Shown here piece by piece: positions 60,153 to 64,000 of a stretch of 64,000 nt of DNA. This stretch comes from an uncultured Clostridia bacterium (GTDB lineage Bacteria > Bacillota > Clostridia > Lachnospirales > Anaerotignaceae). Position numbers and translations under genes: made by a program. The notes below the pieces were generated by a model. The model did no database searches and had not been told where the DNA came from. It saw only the letters and a program-made list of their open reading frames with translations. The stretch covers positions 58,587 through 122,586 of the forward strand of contig CAJTZO010000002.1 of the NCBI GenBank assembly GCA_910583755.1, given 5' to 3'. Every line of letters begins with the position of its first letter. Position 1 is the first letter of the stretch.

Positions 60153-62984
60153 ATGATGTCTAAAAATGAAATTATCATAAGAGGAGCAAAAGAACACAAT
60201 TTAAAAAACATCAATTTAAAAATACCAAGAGATAAATTAGTTGTATTTACAGGAGTAAGCGGTTCTGGAAAATCTTCCTTAGCATTTGATACCATTTATG
60301 CAGAAGGACAAAGAAGATATGTGGAATCTTTATCTTCTTATGCAAGACAATTTTTAGGACAAATGGAAAAGCCTGACGTGGAATATATAGAAGGACTTTC
60401 TCCTGCTATTTCTATTGACCAAAAAACAACTAGCCACAATCCACGTTCTACGGTTGGAACGGTAACAGAAATATATGATTATTTTCGTTTACTTTATGCA
60501 AGAATTGGTGTTCCACATTGTCCCAAATGTGGCAAGGAAATTAAAAAGCAGACCATAGACCAAATTGCAGACCAAATTATGGCGCTTCCAGAACGCTCCA
60601 AATTACAATTGTTGGCACCTGTAGTCAGAGGCAGAAAAGGCGAACATGTGAAATTGCTGGAAGAAGCAAAAAAAAGTGGCTATGTAAGGGTGCGCATTGA
60701 TGGATTGCTGTATGAACTGTCAGAAGAAATAAAATTAGAAAAAAATAAAAAACATAATATTGAAATTGTAGTAGATAGATTGATTGTAAAAGAAGATATG
60801 CAAAAACGTTTGACAGAATCCTTAGAAACGGTTTCTGCATTATCTGGAGGATTAATAATAATAGATGTGAATGGGGAAAAAGAATTGATATTTAGTCAAA
60901 ATTTTTCTTGCCCTGATTGTGGCATCAATTTGCCAGAAATAGAACCAAGAATGTTTTCTTTTAATAATCCAGCAGGAGCTTGTCCAGTGTGTACAGGACT
61001 TGGAATGCAAATGAAATTTGATATAGATTTGATTGTGCCTAATCAAGAATTAAGCATTTTACAGGGAGCGATTACAGCACCTGGTTATCAATCTATGGGA
61101 AATAATAAGGAAAGTATGGCACGTATCCTTTTTGAAGCTTTGGCAGAAAAATATGATTTTTCCTTAGAGACTCCATTTAAGGAATTAAGTGATGTAGCAA
61201 AAGATATTATTTTTTATGGTACAAAGGGAGAAAAAATAAGTATTACTTATACAAACTTTAGAGGAACAGGTACTTATGATTATGATTTTGATGGAATTAT
61301 CAATAATCTGCAAAGAAGATACCAAGAAACATCAGAAACAATGCAAAGTGAATATGAAGAATATATGACAAACATTACTTGTCCAGCTTGCAAAGGGAAA
61401 AGATTGCGTCCGGAAGTGCTTGCAATTACGGTAGGAGGAAAAAATATTTCAGAAGTGACAGAAATGTCTATCAGCAAGATACAGCAGTTTTTTGAAGATT
61501 TAGTATTGACTGAAAAAGAAATGATGATTGCAAAACAAATATTAAAAGAAATTAAAGCAAGAATCCATTTTTTAGTGGATGTGGGTTTAGAATATCTCAC
61601 CTTATCCAGAACAGCAAGTACCCTATCAGGAGGGGAATCTCAAAGAATCAGACTTGCAACTCAAATTGGCTCTGGATTAGTGGGTGTTGTGTATATTTTA
61701 GATGAGCCAAGCATTGGCTTGCATCAAAGGGATAATGACAGATTATTAAATACCTTAAAACATTTAAGAGACATTGGCAATTCTTTGATTGTGGTAGAAC
61801 ATGATGAGGATACTATGTTAGCATCCGATTTTATTGTAGATGTTGGACCAGGCGCAGGAAAAGATGGCGGAGAAATTGTGTTTGCAGGAACGATAGAGGA
61901 TTTGTTGCAATGTGAGTGTTCTGTCACGGGAGATTATTTAAGTGGAAGGAAAAAGATTGAAGTACCAAAAAACAGAAAAAAAGCAAAAGATAGCATAAAA
62001 ATTGTAGGAGCAAAAGAAAATAATTTAAAAAATATTAATGTTAGTATTCCTTTGGGCGTATTTACTTGTATTACAGGTGTAAGTGGCTCTGGAAAAAGTT
62101 CTCTTGTAAATGAAATATTATATAAAAGATTGGCAAAAGAATTAAATCGGGCAAAAGTACGTGCTGGAAAACATAAAGAAATTGTAGGCATAGAAAAATT
62201 AGATAAAGTAATTAATATTGACCAGTCTCCCATTGGAAGAACACCTAGGAGTAATCCAGCAACTTATACAGGTTTGTTTGATTTGATACGAGATTTGTTT
62301 GCACAAACAACAGAAGCAAAAATGCGAGGTTATCAGAAAGGCAGATTTAGTTTTAATGTAAAAGGTGGCAGATGTGAGGCTTGTACTGGAGATGGTATTT
62401 TAAAGATTGAAATGCATTTTTTGCCAGATGTTTATGTACCTTGCGATGTATGTCATGGAAAAAGGTATAATAGGGAAACTTTAGAAGTGCATTATAAGGG
62501 AAAAACTATTTCTGATGTTCTTGACATGACAGTGGAAGAAGCACTTGCGTTTTTTGAAAATATCCCTAAAATAAAAAATAAACTACAAACATTATATGAT
62601 GTAGGGCTTTCTTATGTACAGCTAGGACAGTCTTCTACTACTTTATCTGGAGGAGAAGCCCAAAGAGTGAAACTTGCAACAGAATTAAGCAGAAAAAGTA
62701 CAGGAAAAACCATGTATATTCTTGATGAGCCAACAACGGGATTGCATACGGCAGATGTGCATAAGTTGGTGCATATTATACAAAGATTGACAGATGGCGG
62801 AAATACGGTTGTTGTGATTGAGCACAATTTAGATGTGATTAAAACGGCAGACTATATCATTGATTTGGGGCCAGAAGGCGGAAATAATGGGGGAAAGATT
62901 GTTGTGACAGGAACGCCAGAAGAAATTGTTGATGCAGAAAATTCTTATACTGGAAAATATTTGAAATCTGTTTTGGGGAAATAA
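60153..62984 (+). CDS. uvrA: Excinuclease ABC subunit A
   Basis: Two GVSGSGKSS Walker A motifs, two LSGGE signatures, Zn fingers. Confidence 0.98.
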   Translation: MMSKNEIIIRGAKEHNLKNINLKIPRDKLVVFTGVSGSGKSSLAFDTIYAEGQRRYVESLSSYARQFLGQMEKPDVEYIEGLSPAISIDQKTTSHNPRSTVGTVTEIYDYFRLLYARIGVPHCPKCGKEIKKQTIDQIADQIMALPERSKLQLLAPVVRGRKGEHVKLLEEAKKSGYVRVRIDGLLYELSEEIKLEKNKKHNIEIVVDRLIVKEDMQKRLTESLETVSALSGGLIIIDVNGEKELIFSQNFSCPDCGINLPEIEPRMFSFNNPAGACPVCTGLGMQMKFDIDLIVPNQELSILQGAITAPGYQSMGNNKESMARILFEALAEKYDFSLETPFKELSDVAKDIIFYGTKGEKISITYTNFRGTGTYDYDFDGIINNLQRRYQETSETMQSEYEEYMTNITCPACKGKRLRPEVLAITVGGKNISEVTEMSISKIQQFFEDLVLTEKEMMIAKQILKEIKARIHFLVDVGLEYLTLSRTASTLSGGESQRIRLATQIGSGLVGVVYILDEPSIGLHQRDNDRLLNTLKHLRDIGNSLIVVEHDEDTMLASDFIVDVGPGAGKDGGEIVFAGTIEDLLQCECSVTGDYLSGRKKIEVPKNRKKAKDSIKIVGAKENNLKNINVSIPLGVFTCITGVSGSGKSSLVNEILYKRLAKELNRAKVRAGKHKEIVGIEKLDKVINIDQSPIGRTPRSNPATYTGLFDLIRDLFAQTTEAKMRGYQKGRFSFNVKGGRCEACTGDGILKIEMHFLPDVYVPCDVCHGKRYNRETLEVHYKGKTISDVLDMTVEEALAFFENIPKIKNKLQTLYDVGLSYVQLGQSSTTLSGGEAQRVKLATELSRKSTGKTMYILDEPTTGLHTADVHKLVHIIQRLTDGGNTVVVIEHNLDVIKTADYIIDLGPEGGNNGGKIVVTGTPEEIVDAENSYTGKYLKSVLGK

Positions 62985-63133
62985 TACAATCACTTTGTCA
63001 AAAACTAGATAATTTTGTATAAAAATAGAAGAAGGATATATTTAAAAACATGTTTGATGTCGCAAGAAATATTTGCATTATTTTACAACTTTTTGCACAA
63101 AAAACTACTAAAAAATGTTGTTTTTTTTTAGTA

Positions 63134-63162
63134 TTGACAAAATCACAACTAGATTGTACCAT
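63134..63162 (+). promoter_or_regulatory. sigmaA promoter
   Basis: TTGACA-N17-TACCAT. Confidence 0.55.
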
Positions 63163-63200
63163 ATAATTAGCTAGGTTTAGTAGATTTTTGGAGGATATAA

Positions 63201-63515
63201 ATGACAAAAGACAGAGATGCGGTACAAGAATTGATACAAACACAACAAGAAGTGTTGGAATGGTTTGGATGTGAAGGAGATTTTTTTATCAAGCCTTTGC
63301 TAGATTGTGAATGGACAATTAACGATACAGAAGATTTTTATTTTTTATCTTATTGGATAAAAGGAAACAAAAGAGTGAATGCTGTCATTGTAAAAAGAAA
63401 CGGTTTGCCTATGCTTTATCAAAAAAAGAAATATACCATGGTTGTTGCCATTGACTGCGTGAAAATTGCTTTTGTCTTTCGCAATAGCCAAAGAATTGAT
63501 GTAGAGTTAGAGTAA
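63201..63515 (+). CDS. Hypothetical protein (104 aa)
   Basis: SD GGAGG, promoter and terminator; no recognised motif. Confidence 0.75.
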   Translation: MTKDRDAVQELIQTQQEVLEWFGCEGDFFIKPLLDCEWTINDTEDFYFLSYWIKGNKRVNAVIVKRNGLPMLYQKKKYTMVVAIDCVKIAFVFRNSQRIDVELE

Positions 63516-63592
63516 AAAAGAGATGAGATTTTTGAATACTCTACTATATTCAAAATAGTAGGGCATCAAAATGTCATTTTTGTCATAATTAT

Positions 63593-63630
63593 AAAGTCTT
63601 ACACTTCTTTACAGTTGTAAGACTTTTTTT
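63593..63630 (+). terminator. Intrinsic terminator
   Basis: aaagtcttaca ... tgtaagactttttt. Confidence 0.65.
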
Positions 63631-63775
63631 GTATAATGATAGGCAATGGAAAATGAGGGGATTCGTTTCTATTTTCTGAATGTCAAAAAAATCTCAGCTT
63701 AATTAGAATACTGCATATTTTTACACAAATGGACAAATGATAAATACAGCGCAATAGACAAGGGAGGCTGTATTT

Positions 63776-64000
63776 ATGTTATGTATTGGTATACTAGGAG
63801 AAAACCTAAAAGAGCAAACAATAGAACAAATTGTATATTTTGCAGAACAATACGGTAAAGATTATGTTTGTTTTTGCGGAACCACAAAAAGAAATGAATT
63901 TGAAAAAGCTTACCAGCAAGCAAAAAAAACACAAAATTCGCTTTTTTTAGTACCAATTCATGTAAAAACAATAAAATATTGCAAAAGCAAAAACTTATCA
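63776..64000 (+). CDS. Hypothetical protein, 3' end cut by the window edge
   Basis: SD gggagg, then MLCIGILGENLKEQ... open to the end of the window. Confidence 0.6.
   Translation, partial: MLCIGILGENLKEQTIEQIVYFAEQYGKDYVCFCGTTKRNEFEKAYQQAKKTQNSLFLVPIHVKTIKYCKSKNLS

Overview
A low-GC, spore-forming Clostridia-type chromosomal segment made almost entirely of core genes. Gene order: aroB-lspA-rluA-pyrB-pyrC-smc-ftsY, ylxM-ffh-rpsP-khpA-rimM-trmD, radC-pspC, spoIVB...spo0A, rqcH, yloC-remA-gmk-rpoZ-priA-def-fmt-rsmB-rlmN-prpC-prkC-rsgA-rpe-thiN, rpmB-asp23-fakA-recG-rsmD-coaD, ylbJ-tmcAL, pta-ackA-yceD-rpmF-plsX-acpP-rnc, uvrB-uvrA. I see no rRNA, tRNA, CRISPR array or transposase. Six things stand out. 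(1) A non-coding ~200-bp element occurs about 10 times. It has IS1182-like imperfect terminal inverted repeats and target duplications of 5, 6, 8 and 25 bp, plus one inverted 24-bp duplication. Internally it is an inverted pair of a hairpin unit that also occurs free, without termini, with compensatory stem changes. (2) An intact, translationally coupled pyrB-pyrC pair has lost catalytic residues in both proteins. (3) An orphan mini-CheA retains only the Hpt and ATPase domains. (4) A Ser/Thr-repeat protein with a sigma28-type promoter is inserted in the ftsY-ylxM cluster. (5) An uncalled 54-aa membrane protein with a sigmaE-type promoter lies at the position spoVM occupies in Bacillus. (6) A divergent Spo0A is separated from spoIVB by two genes. 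All calls come from reading motifs by eye; no database searches were run.
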